Shown: in pieces, positions 38,501-50,641 of the stretch
Layout: every line of letters starts with the position of its first letter
How positions within the stretch are numbered: position 1 is the first letter of the stretch
Assembly: GCA_023213395.1 (NCBI GenBank)
Contig: CM041465.1
Coordinates: 43,903,741-43,967,740, forward strand
DNA length: 64,000 nt
Direction of reading: 5' to 3'
DNA from: Cycas panzhihuaensis
Lineage: Eukaryota > Plantae > Cycadophyta
The notes under the pieces: model-generated
The model's database searches: none
What the model saw: only the letters and a program-made list of their open reading frames with translations
Told to the model about the DNA's origin: nothing
Made by a program: the position numbers and the translations under genes

Positions 38501-39642
38501 ACTAGGTGTAGAGGTTTACTTGCCTAACATTATGTTTGAGACAAAAGTAGGACCTAGTGGAGGATTTATTATTAGGAGCCATTATTTGAAGAGACATGGA
38601 TTGCAACCCCATGTTCCATTAATGATTGAAGTCCTATAGGATGATTAAAGAATAGGGATCAACATGCTAGTCAAGCTCATGATAGATACCAAAAATCTAG
38701 CAAGTGTAGATTCACAATGGAGAGATGCATTGATGAAGAGTGACATATGTAGAATTTGGGACCCTTTTCTCCCTCAAAGAACCTAGTCAGTTTACAAGTT
38801 GTAAATCTTATTGCATAAGATATCTTATAGAAAGAAGGATTCAAGTATAAGGAGACATTATGCACTAGTCTCTATATTATTGGTCCATTTGATCCTTGCT
38901 TTAGTAACTTCAAATAGTTAAGAGTCATATCGCATCATATCAACATTCCTTAATGGGGACTTAAAGAGGAGATTCACATGGCTCAACCTCTAGGTTTAAT
39001 CAAAGGAGAATGGCTAAGTTTTATGGACTAAGTGTTAAGTGTAGAGGGAGAGTTGTATGGTTATAGGACTATTGGATTCAAATCTAAAGAATCACATACA
39101 TACAAGGCATATAACCATTACATCCAAGAGTATATCATATCAAGAAAGATGTAGGTTGAAGTTTATCCAAGTGGAGATTAACTTAAGGATGTGTTCAACA
39201 AGCTCTAATTGAAGATAACTACATCAATGTTCATGTATATTAGATAAGGTTATCCTTGAGAGGGGATCTATTGCCAAGGATAAACCTTAATATCCCACAT
39301 TTACATTAAGAGGGGATATTGGAATATATTACCATATTGACTAATTTTAATGTGTGGTGAGTTAATGTGCAGAATATTCTAGATGTAATATTGGATGAAT
39401 TGACAGATATAATTACATAATAAAATATTATCAAGACACTTAGATTTATAAATAAAGATAAAAGTTCATCTATGTAATATATGTTAGATTTATCAAAAAT
39501 GTGAAATAATATCATTTTGGCGGGTTTTCACTCGAGAGGGTTTCCTACCTTAAATCTAGTGTCCTGTGTGCATTTGTTTTGTTTGAATCTGCTTTGTGTG
39601 AAAGATTCTATTGACCTACTTGTATATAGGGGTTTCTTAACA
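35557..39642 (+). mobile_element. Non-autonomous LTR retrotransposon, family A copy 2 (4.09 kb, complete)
   Basis: LTRs 35557-35868 and 39317-39642; PBS TGGTATTAGAGC 35869-35880; PPT TAAGAGGGGA; perfect TSD CTATC. No ORF over 90 aa; only short pol relics (FLNGDL..EIHMAQP ~38945). Confidence 0.93.
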
Positions 39643-39958
39643 CTATCTACTTAAAAAATATATCTTTTTTATCATTGACTTATTTTATTTTAGCAATAAA
39701 GCTTCTCTAGTATAGAATTCTTCTCTTGTATAACCTACTATTGTCCCTTCGTGAATTGCTACTTTGTTATTTTGAATACATCTATAGTAATGGTCCAATC
39801 TATTTCACTTGGGAGTAAGTTTCTAATTTGTATTTTGATAATAATGGGGCTAGGCCCTAGACTATTCCTTGTTTGCAAGACTAGGTCATAAATTCCATAG
39901 CTTGGAGGTCACCAAGATCTTTATTGATAAAGACACCTATCATTAAATAGAATTTAGT

Positions 39959-42900
39959 TGTTGGTTGTGGTCTTTGTTCTAATACCACAATGTTGGCTTT
40001 AGATGGAGATAATGATAATGGATCTAACAATAGAAATATAATAAATAATGAGGTAAATGTAGAATAAACAATGATATACAGAAGAGATGGATATGTATAA
40101 GGATAAGTATAATATATAGGTGGACGAATGACCAAACTTTAAATTATTATAAAGAATCAAGTACATACTTATATAACATCTCATCACATATGGGAATCCT
40201 CAAGGTCAATGTTTGTGTGTTGGCGTACTTATCAAGGTGGCACATATATTAAGGTGACCAACAATATAAACTTTATAAAATACAAGAGAGAGTATGAATG
40301 TGGTTAGAATATAATTGGATATTACATCTAACATATCTCCTTATAATATACAATTACATAAATAAAATATAACATCAAATAATAAATTTAGTCTTCAAAT
40401 ATTTGTTAGAATAAGATGCTTCAAATGACATAAATTACTACTCATTTTCATATGAAGTGAGTTATGTCTACCAAACCATGTAGGCAACCAGTTAATGTGA
40501 TTACTAGTTAATGTTAAAAAATATAATGTTTAATGTATTTGTTGTATACACACACCTCCCACCATTTATATACACCAAGATATGTGAGTTGCACACATAT
40601 CCATGTTATCACTCTATTGGATGATGTAAAGACTCTTAATATTTAATATGCTACTCATGAGGTGATCTCATTATATATATGTATATTCACCACTTGAGGA
40701 CTTGAGCAAGGAGAGGGGAGAAAGATGTAAACCTTATGATCATAAGTGGAGTCTTAACTCCACCTTCTCCTGTGTTTTTTCTCATACTAGGTTTTCCACT
40801 TATACAACTTGGTGTTTATCTTGTGGTGATGCTTATACTTGGTGATGCATGCTTTATATGTTTGATATTTGATATTCATGTTGAATAATTCATTATGTGT
40901 ATATACTCATGAGTTCATTTTATTGTATTATTTATCTTATGGAATCAGAGCTAATCTCAGCATTCACCATATTTTAATATGGTATTAGAGTCTATGGTTT
41001 TAAGATCTTATATAATAGTTGGCCTATCAAACCTATGAAAAGAGCTAGATATGAGGTATTTTTTGGTGAACCAAATGTATACATATGATAATGTTATGTC
41101 TGCCAAATTACATGGAAGATGGAGTCAATCAAAGTTGCATATAGTGTGAATAGAACATGTATCAACATAGCTAAAAAATGAACCCTTTCTTGATTCTTCT
41201 CAAACCTAGGGGATGCCTATCGACGCTCACATACTATACAATCTACACTAGTATTTATCATAATATACTTTGTATTAGGGTTTTTATTTTTTATTTTTGA
41301 CATTTAAGGGTGAATTACTTCAATGTCACAATTGTTTATTCTCTCTCTTACATTTGTATGCAATTTTTTTTATGTCATATCCATGTTCTGTTCATTTTTA
41401 TGTATCATTGATGTACGTCTTAGAATAGCCTGCATATTGGCTACCCTTATTTATTTTTGTGTCTTCCATTGTTCCATGTCTCTCTGCATGACTATCTTCA
41501 TTTCCATCTTTGTTTCTCATTATTCCTCTGCCTAGGGGTGAATCTATCCTATCATAGTGACTTCATCGTGACTATACAATTTTCACTTTTGTGGTCATCT
41601 TATTTAGGGTTTACACTAGTGGTTCTACTTGGTATATGTGTTTCAGGCCATGGCATCTATATTATCTCAATTTGTATTACCCACTTGTAGAGTGAACTAT
41701 ATCAACAACTAGCACAAGTGTTATTGACCTTTCATATAGAGCATCATTTATAATTTCTTCAATTTTGCATAGGTCCTTTATAATGTAGCCAATTTTCTAG
41801 TAGGTCTATATATTTTCTACCTTCATTGTGTTTACCATCCATTGTTATACCATTATTGCTACCACCTTTGCTTGTCCCAAGATGTTCTCTTTAGTATATT
41901 TTTGTATTTGTCTTTCCATTTGGTGTAGTCATACAGGGATGCACATGTCTCCCTTACTCATTGTCATGGCATATCCATCCTACTCTTCTACAATGCTTGT
42001 CCACACCAATGTGTCATATCAAAAAATAAATTCTTACAAGCCTTTTACACATAAGAAATATATTTCTCCCTTTTTTTTTTATAATAATAGTATATATCTC
42101 CTTTAAATTTTTTGGTGAAAGATTTCTATTACCTAGACAAACACCAAAAATTAGAGGGGAATGGATGTATTTCTAGCTGATGCAAATATTTAAGGTTTGC
42201 CTTTTGTTTTTAAGCAACAATGTTTTTGTAAGAATATAATTATAAGATTTCTAGGGCCTTTAATAAATAATTTTAATAATTTTTTTTTTCTTTTTTGTTA
42301 TTAAACATGTAGCATTTTACAATATAAAATTACTTGATCACACATTCTATAATATAAGATTGCCAAAAAAGGACATGTTTATGGAGTTAGTTAGACCTAC
42401 GTATAGTCAGAGATCTTTCTTCACTTAATACATGTATCATTTTTATAAAGAATATCCACTAGCTTACAAAAATATCAACACATATCAACTAAACATATTC
42501 ATAAAACATAGTAGAAAATAATTAGACTCACATTTTGGTGGATTGCAATGTTTAATCCTATATATAAATTTCTTTAGTCTAGATATATGCATATAGGTTG
42601 TCTATAATGTTAACTTCAAAGAAAAATTGAGCAACTTAAAATTGCCTTCTCCAACTGAATATCTATAATAAAACAACTCCATTTTATAGCTTCAAATAAC
42701 TCTTTAAAATGATCAAAACAATAGTAAAAATAGTCTTAAAAATGTTAGAAATTTATAGTGAAGAACAACCCCTAAATTTGTATTTTAATGTTTGAAAAAT
42801 TACCCCAAAAAGTGTATCAATGACCCTCTAAAAAGACATTTTGACAAGTCGAAATTAGGTACAAAATGATTCTTAAAAGTATTAAAAAATGTTGTAAATA

Positions 42901-43394
42901 ACAATAAAGAATAGGCTATAAAATAAGATAAATAATAGGCTCTAAATAGTCCTCCCAAGGGATTGAACCTTGGGCTTTGATACTATAATGTTAGTTATGG
43001 TATTTGTTGTAATACCACAATGTTGGATTAGGAGTTGAATGCAAAGATATCAAAGTGTTGGGAGTCACATGCAGAAGCAAAGTCTGTGAGAATGGATCCA
43101 ACATATACATATAAATGGATTATGAAATTGATTAATGGACATACAAGAGAAGTATGTACACACAATATATATAATATATCGTAAAAAAAGGCCAAACTTC
43201 AAATTATTCAAAGAATCAAGTATATACTTATAGAACATCCCACCACATATGAGAACCCTTAAGGTCAACTTTTGTGTGCCAGCACACTTATCAAGGTAGC
43301 ACACATGTTAAGGTGATCAACAATATAAAATTTATAAAATATAAGAGAGAGTGTGAATGGGATTATAAAATGTAATAAAATATTACATCCAAGA
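39959..43394 (-). mobile_element. Non-autonomous LTR element (3.4 kb including a nested fragment)
   Basis: Direct repeats 39959-40333 and 42989-43394; reverse-complement PBS GCTTTGATACTA 42974-42985; PPT relic after 40333; perfect TSD TTAGT; no recognisable pol. Confidence 0.88.
40512..42100 (+). mobile_element. Truncated LTR element nested in 39959-43394 (LTR ~40512-40979, PBS 40980-40990)
   Basis: TGTTAAAA...TTTTAATA followed by TGGTATTAGAG; non-coding interior; no 3' LTR seen; end approximate. Confidence 0.55.
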
Positions 43395-45261
43395 TTAGTA
43401 ACCAGTTACAAGGTCATAACACTTCTATAAGCTCCATTGCTATGGTTGAAGCTATGAGGGTACAACACTCCACTAAAAGATATGACTATTTTTTTGGCAA
43501 GCATATTATTTCAGAAGTTATTAACTTGATCAATAATAATTAGTGTTGGGACTACAAATGTTGATTTGGGGTCAAACTATTAATGTTGCATTCTAAGGTT
43601 GGTGCAACCCTTAAAACACCCTTCCCACATGCACAAATCACCTCTACATGGTAATCATTACCTTTTGTTTTAACAATTTTACTACATGATAGAAAGTCTA
43701 TGTGGTTTGCCCTGACAAAAGATAATTGCTTACAGGTATTGAGATTGCCAATCGCTAACCTACTACTAATTTGAAACATACCACACGTATTACTATTACC
43801 CAAGTCAAGTAAATAATCTTTCTCTTTCTCTCTTTATTCTTTTTTCCTTCTAAAATTTAACATTAAAGCAGTGAAATCTCTTTTCCCCCACATAACCTCT
43901 AACACATTCCCATCTTTAAAATTCAAATTAAGAATATTACCATTATATAGAAAAGTATATAATCCCCTTTCCTATCAAAATTATAAATACTACATGTTGT
44001 AGCTTGGAAATGAACCAATAATATCCTATTCTTTGTTTGAATTAGAGTAAAGGTATGTAGAATTTTAACCTTTTTTTTTTTTGTTTTAGTCAATGTATTG
44101 CTTTGTTTTTAGAATAATTTAATATTAAGCCCCTCTCCTTTAAGTCCTAAACATATACTTTGTTGAACACATATAACAGAGAAGAAAAAGTTCCCTAGCC
44201 CACCACTTGCTCTTTCAAGATCATTGCTAATACTTCATGCAATTTGAATCCACTAGAGTCTCAATTGCTACTATCTAAAACCATTGCAACCTATAATGGA
44301 AATAATTGTTAAAGAATGGGATGTCATGCACTTAGACATTTGAATGCTAAATAAAGAAATAAAGATACTATAAGAAGGATAGAAAAAGTTGTAATTAAGT
44401 GTCAACAAAATTAAGTAGTTATGACAACTTCTCAAGAAATTAAGGTAAAAAGAAACACTTGGATCAAGTCAAAACTAGTAGAACCAACTACCATAGTAGT
44501 CAACATTGCCAATGCTTCATGGGATTGTTGACATTAGTGTGCTACGAGGGGCATAAGACTAGGTGCTAATCAAGAATGGCACCAACCCAATACATTTTGT
44601 AATTAGAGATAGTGGATGACAATGAAATCCTTCTTCATAAAATGACAATTCAACAAAATAAGGAATTCTAGATAGCAAATTAAAGTAAGGTGTTAGATAA
44701 CTATAATTTATATTACGAGATAATTTGAAACCTAATAGCAGGATCAATATATATCCTTAGAAGAATAAGAAGAACCCAAGAACATAACTTTAAAAGATAT
44801 TGGGTAAGGGCCACGACTAAACGTAAGAAGGATGTAATGTTAAGGTCTTAACATGTGAATAATAAGGAAAAGATTAACTTAAGACAAATTATTGGATTTT
44901 AGATCCCATAAAAATGTTCATAAATGATGCTAGATAACTAGCAAGATAAGTAAAAATAATGGTGCAAATATAATAATGTAATATAAGTAGACTAAAGGAA
45001 AATTTACTTGCTCATAGCTATGATAACCAAGTGACTCAAGTATATTACAAGAATGGGAAGACATCTCTATTGATAAAATAAAGATCACTATCCAAAATAA
45101 GCTATTGGTGTTCTCCACATCATAAAGCTTTGTTGAAAAAGTTTTTAAAGAAGAGAGGTAATATTGTGATCCTCAAGTTAGCTAACATTAGTCAATACAT
45201 GGATTAAAATAATTGTTATCTTCATTACTACTTAGGGAGGCATTGTTTATAATTTGCTCTT

Positions 45262-48200
45262 AGGAAAGGGTCCTCACTTGTTTGTACTAGGTGATAGGGT
45301 CAACCTATCTACTATAAATATTTTATTTGTTATTGAATCTTGCTATTTTGGGTTATTGTTAATTTTCCCTATAGCACAATCCCACTACATCATATAAATA
45401 GATATTATTGGCTATTAAAAACTCTTCATGTAGTAGAAGCTCTCGAGGCTATTGCTATAAGCATAAAAATCTTATATTATTGACATTTAGTATGTAAGGA
45501 ATCTTATACTAATGACATTTAGTACTCCATACCATTCTGAAAAATTTTGTATAAAAATGTATATTGGCATAAGCCCTCACCTTAAGTAGGCATACCTTGT
45601 ATAAATTTTCATTGATAATTGTACTTATTTCTTTTCTCTTAAATAAGTATATTGTTACAAGCCCTCTCCATAGGTAGGCATACCCTACATAGACCAATCA
45701 TGTCTCGCAATCAAGAGGATCAATCACAACCAGACATCACTAAACTCTTAATACAAGAGCTTTGTGAACAACATTAGGATGCCCAATCTTTCCAAAAAAA
45801 TTTGGTCACTAGTATAATGACCATATTTTTATAGATTCTGTAGTAACAGACTATTCTAACTATTGTTCCAATTCAACCATTTCCATTCAAGTTGGATGCC
45901 AAAAGTAGTATTCCACTTTTTAAAGGTATAATAAATGTGAACAAATTAGATGCATGGCTTCAAAGTCTTGAAGCCTATTTCAAGACACAACAATTTATGG
46001 CGACAAAAAAAATTATGGTTGGTGAAGTACATATGACATAATAGGCCTCAACATGGTGGCGGGCATACTCTCATGATAGACCACTTATTTTATGGACAAA
46101 ATTCAAAAATATTGTATGCAATTAATTTTATCCTTTAGGATACCTTAATGAACTCACTACACGATGGCTTCATTTTTGACAAGATGCAGGACAAACTGTT
46201 CAACAATATATCGATGAATTTGGAAAACCTTGTATCCAGTTAGAAGTCACTAATTCTAACCATATTCTTAAGTTAAAATTTATTGGTGGACTTTTTTCAT
46301 TTTTGTAGCGTGAGATGGATCGCCTCCAAATTCCTACACTTAAAGTTGCTTATTAATTTACTCTTAAAATTAAAAATAAGTTGCAACGAAGACTTCAGTG
46401 ATCTCCAACATTTGCCTTAACTTCCAAAACATCTAATATGCTACAACCAACTAATACAAAAAAAAGAAATTCTCTTTTTATGAATGCCAAGGCCATACAG
46501 ATGTTGAATGTTGAGCATAACATAAATCACACACCTTAATCGCCAAACATCAGGCACCAATAGAATCTGATGATATCATAGAGGTCCCTAATTTTCAAGC
46601 TCTAAATCCACATCTTGTGTTAATAACCATTGAATATTCTACTTCTTAGAGAAAATGACTTTTTACATATAATTATTAAATTAAGGATCACTTAACTCTT
46701 TGTATCATTGGTAATATAAGTATAAAGAATTTGATCTCACAAACATTAGTGGATTCTTTACAATTATTGACCAAGCCATGCCCTAAACCCTATACTCTTA
46801 GGTGGGTAACGACTAATAATCACACAACAGTGGTCGATAAGATTTGTATTCTTACTTTTATTATTCCATCATTATGGATATAATTGATTATGATGCCACT
46901 CCTATATATTGAAATGACATTCTCTTAGGATACCCCTATCAACATAATTAATGAGCATTATATGATGGGTATCATAATACCTGTACACTTCACAAAAGTA
47001 GGAAAGTGTATAAACTAACTTTTGTAGATATTGCTTCTTTGTCCTTAGCTCTCATCATAGACAATCCTATAGTTAGACTTGCCAACACCTCTAAGCAAAT
47101 AGTACTTTGTGTAATTTGTCAAGCAGAAAAGAAAAATTATACTAAAATTCCTCCAAAAGTAATAAAAGCTCTTTTAGATACATACTCTAATGTCTTTGTA
47201 GAACTTAAGGGAATTCCTCTAATATGTGCTATGTAACATTCAAATGATCTTGTTCTAGGTTCTTCACTTCCTAATCAAACTCCATATTGTACTACTCCTC
47301 TCACTCATGCTGAATTGGAGTGCCAAATGGCTCAGTTGATTAACAACAGTAAAATTTAACCAAGTTATTCTCCTTGTGGCTCACCTACAATCCTCATTAA
47401 AAAAAAAGATAAATAGTGGCACCTGTTTATTAATCATCGAGCTCTTAACAAAATCATTGTTAAGAATCAATATCTACTTCCACACATTGATGACTTATTG
47501 GATCATCTCAAGGGAGCCAAATATTTTACTAAAATGGACTTGGCCTCTGGGTACTATCAAGTTTAGGTCGAAGCTCAGGACACTTGGAAAACAACGTTCA
47601 GGACCTAAAATGGCCTTTATGAATAGTTAATCATGCCTTTTGGTTTGACCAATGCTCCTACCACTTTCATGGGGCTTATCAACGATATTTTTCATCCTCA
47701 TTTGGGAAAATTTATCATTGCCTATCTAGATGATATCTCGGTCTTCAACAACAATTTCTAGTAGCATCTTCATCATGTCGTTACGGTCATGGCTTTGTTA
47801 CGATAACATCAAATCAAAGTCAAATTCAAGAAATACTTCTTCGCATAAAGATCTATTTCTTATCTTGGATTTATCATTGATAAGGATGACATTCACGTTA
47901 ATCTAAAAAAGGTCTGAATAATTCAGCAATGGACAACACCTTCTACTCTAACTAATCTTAAAATTTTTCTTGGTTTTGTTAATAACTTTTATAGAAAGTT
48001 CATTTCTTATTTTTCTAGCATTACACATCCTCTTAACATTCTTACCAAAAATTCCACAAGGTTTATATAAAACTCTTCTTCCAAAATAACTTTCCAAAAA
48101 GTTAAAGTTTCCCTCTATATCACACATGTTCTTCATCTTCTTGATCTCATTCAACCATTTGAACTAGAAACTGATGCTTCCCAATTTACCCTTGGTGTTA

Positions 48201-48630
48201 TTCTAAAGTAGGGTTGACATCCTATTGCTTATCATTCCAAAATTTTTTATTAAGCCAAACTTAATTATAGTACTTATAATAAAGAGTCGTGTGCCCTTGT
48301 TTAAGCTCTCCATCATTGGTGGCATTTTCTCCTTGGTAACAAAACTATTATCTATACTGACCATTAACCACTACAATTTCTAAACTTCTAATCTAAAATC
48401 CATGAACATAGACATCTTAAGTAGGCTTCTTATATCTAATAATTTCAACTAGTGATTAAATACAAAAAAGGTATCTCTAACAAAGTAGATGATTTCCTTA
48501 GTTCACCTCCCACCCTAGCTTTAGCTACTTTCCTCAACATTACCCTTAATCCATATTCTGAATGGAAATATTTATTTCCGTCTGATCCCTAATATGGTCT
48601 TATCCTCACTGCTTTATCTCTACCCATAGA
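45262..48630 (+). mobile_element. Decayed Ty3/gypsy (CRM-like chromovirus) gag-PR-RT-RNase H, integrase missing
   Basis: gag from ~45700 (KLDAWLQSLEAYF, KFIGGL); protease KNLISQTLV..L.L.TKPCPKPYTL.WV and ILLGYPYQ; [59 protein letters not shown]; RNase H ETDASQF, NYSTYNKE, YTDH*PL. Confidence 0.92.
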
Positions 48631-48859
48631 TGTTGGAAGCTAAACCTCCTCTTGCTCATCATATTGATACCATTCCATATTTTCAGCCTCTCCTTTCTGA
48701 AGACACCATCCTTAACACTTAACAATGAAGAATGAGACAATAAACTACCACCACCTATCTCATTGGTCAAAAAGGGACTCTTCCGATCAAGGCTAAATGG
48801 ATCTTTGAAGCAGCACTAAAAAAATATTTTCCCCATCTTCAGTTGAAATTAGGGCTAAT

Positions 48860-49602
48860 TTCATAGTGGTGAAACATAGAATTAGTAACATAATCAATAA
48901 CCTACTAAACAAAGATGGACATGAAGTTAAAGGATAAGAAGAGATGAATGACACTGCTATTGATTACTTCAAGGAGTTATTTCAGGAGCCAGGGTGTCAG
49001 GATGAGGATATTAGGAAGGATTTTGGTAGGACTATTCCCAAATTGGTTAATAAAGGTCATAATGCCCTACTTGAAACTCCTTTCACCCATGATGAAGTTA
49101 GGAAGGCTATTTTTGGGATGAAAATAGAGAAAGTGCCAGGCCCAGATGGCTTCCCTCCTAGTTTCTTCTAAGATTTTTAGGACATAATTATAGGGGACTT
49201 GATAGAGGATGTGAACGAGTTTTATAGGAACCATAAGATTTTAGGCGAATGGAAAACTATATTTATTGTATTAATCCCAAAAAAGAAGAGGGTGAAAAGG
49301 ATGGAGGAATTCCATCCTATCAGCCTTTGCAATGTAAAATATAAGATCTTGGATAATATTTTAGTGAATAGGCTGAAGAAGATTCTCCCTGGGATCATAT
49401 CCATAAATTAGGATGGTTTTGTGAAAGGGAGACATATTACGGATGGTATAGTCAACGTCCATGAAACCCTACATTCAGCTTACCACAAGAAAGAACCCAG
49501 TATGATAATTAAAATTGATCTCTCAAAAGCCTATGATAGAGTTTCATGGGATTGCCTAATGGATTGTTTAGGAGATTTTTCCTTTAGGGAAATATGGAGG
49601 GA
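48860..49602 (+). mobile_element. LINE (L1-like) ORF2 RT, 5' piece
   Basis: KVPGPDGFPPSFF, HPISLCNVKYKI, KIDLSKAYDRVSW. Confidence 0.93.
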
Positions 49603-50148
49603 TGTTGGAAAATAATATAAGGAGTTCAGAGTAGAGTAGGTATTCACATGCTAATCTATCATGAGAAAATATAAGCAAAGTACATATTATTCAATCGATC
49701 TTGTGAGAGTACATTAAAAGTCCAAATATTGGTGGTGTCTAAAGACACTAGGGTTAGTCACCCTAAAAATATATAGTTTGAGGGAGGGGGGAAACCTCCT
49801 CAACCTCTAAAATTCAAACAACATTAAAATAATATTTAACTCAAGTTAACATTAACCTTACCTGCCTTACCTTAACATGTATGAGCTTACATATGTAAAA
49901 GGTGGGAGCGGGGTGATGAGCATTAATCCCAACATTCTCCCCCTTAATGGTCATAATAATCATCTTCACTTTTCTTTGAATTTGTGATACCTGTATTTGA
50001 AAATGACTTTGAAAATTTATCCTTTGGCTTGGTAATCAACATGCTTGATGAAGTATACAATAACTTGCTTGGTCATCTTATCAACATCGTGTGTTTCTTC
50101 AAAATCATGTAGTGATGGTAGCTTCCAAGTAGGTCTTGTTAATGTAGC

Positions 50149-50641
50149 TTAATGTGAATGAATGGTAATGCCTTTGTATTGATCTTGGTCCTTCATTAGA
50201 ATTAAGTTATTGATACATATCTTCATATCAAATGTAACATTAGAAAAATTATTTTCAATGAAATCTAAATTAATACAAGAAATATTAATTTTTTCTTCAC
50301 ATAGTACCTGCTCTACCATCTGTCTCACAGGAAAAAAGTCATCAATGTAGTTAGTGAAATTGAAATAAAGGGAATCTCCCCTATAAAGTGAATCTAATGT
50401 ATTCCATACTAATTTGGAGGTAGTCATTTATGAAACATTTAAAAATATAATATCATCTAAATAGAAATGTAAAGGCTTCATTGTCCCTTTTAAAATCTTC
50501 TTTGTTGTTAGGTTTATATCTATCCTTGATATATGTCCAAAGGTTATTTAACATTAAGTGAGCTTTCATAATAGTCCTCCAAAATTGAAAATCATTCCTA
50601 TTAAATATTAGAAAACTAAGATTGTTTAGATACAATGCCAT
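50149..50641 (-). pseudogene. copia gag N-terminal region
   Basis: FNRNDFQFWRTIMKAHLMLNNLWTYI...KRDNEA...TSKLVWNTLDSLYRG. Confidence 0.8.

Noticed and set aside
42954-42985. tRNA gene
   Set aside because: Only a T-arm/acceptor-like 3' part is present, directly abutting an LTR, so it is better explained as a PBS.
43552-43803. 83-aa Cys-containing minus-strand ORF as a host exon
   Set aside because: Non-ATG start, no recognisable family, no clear splice signals.
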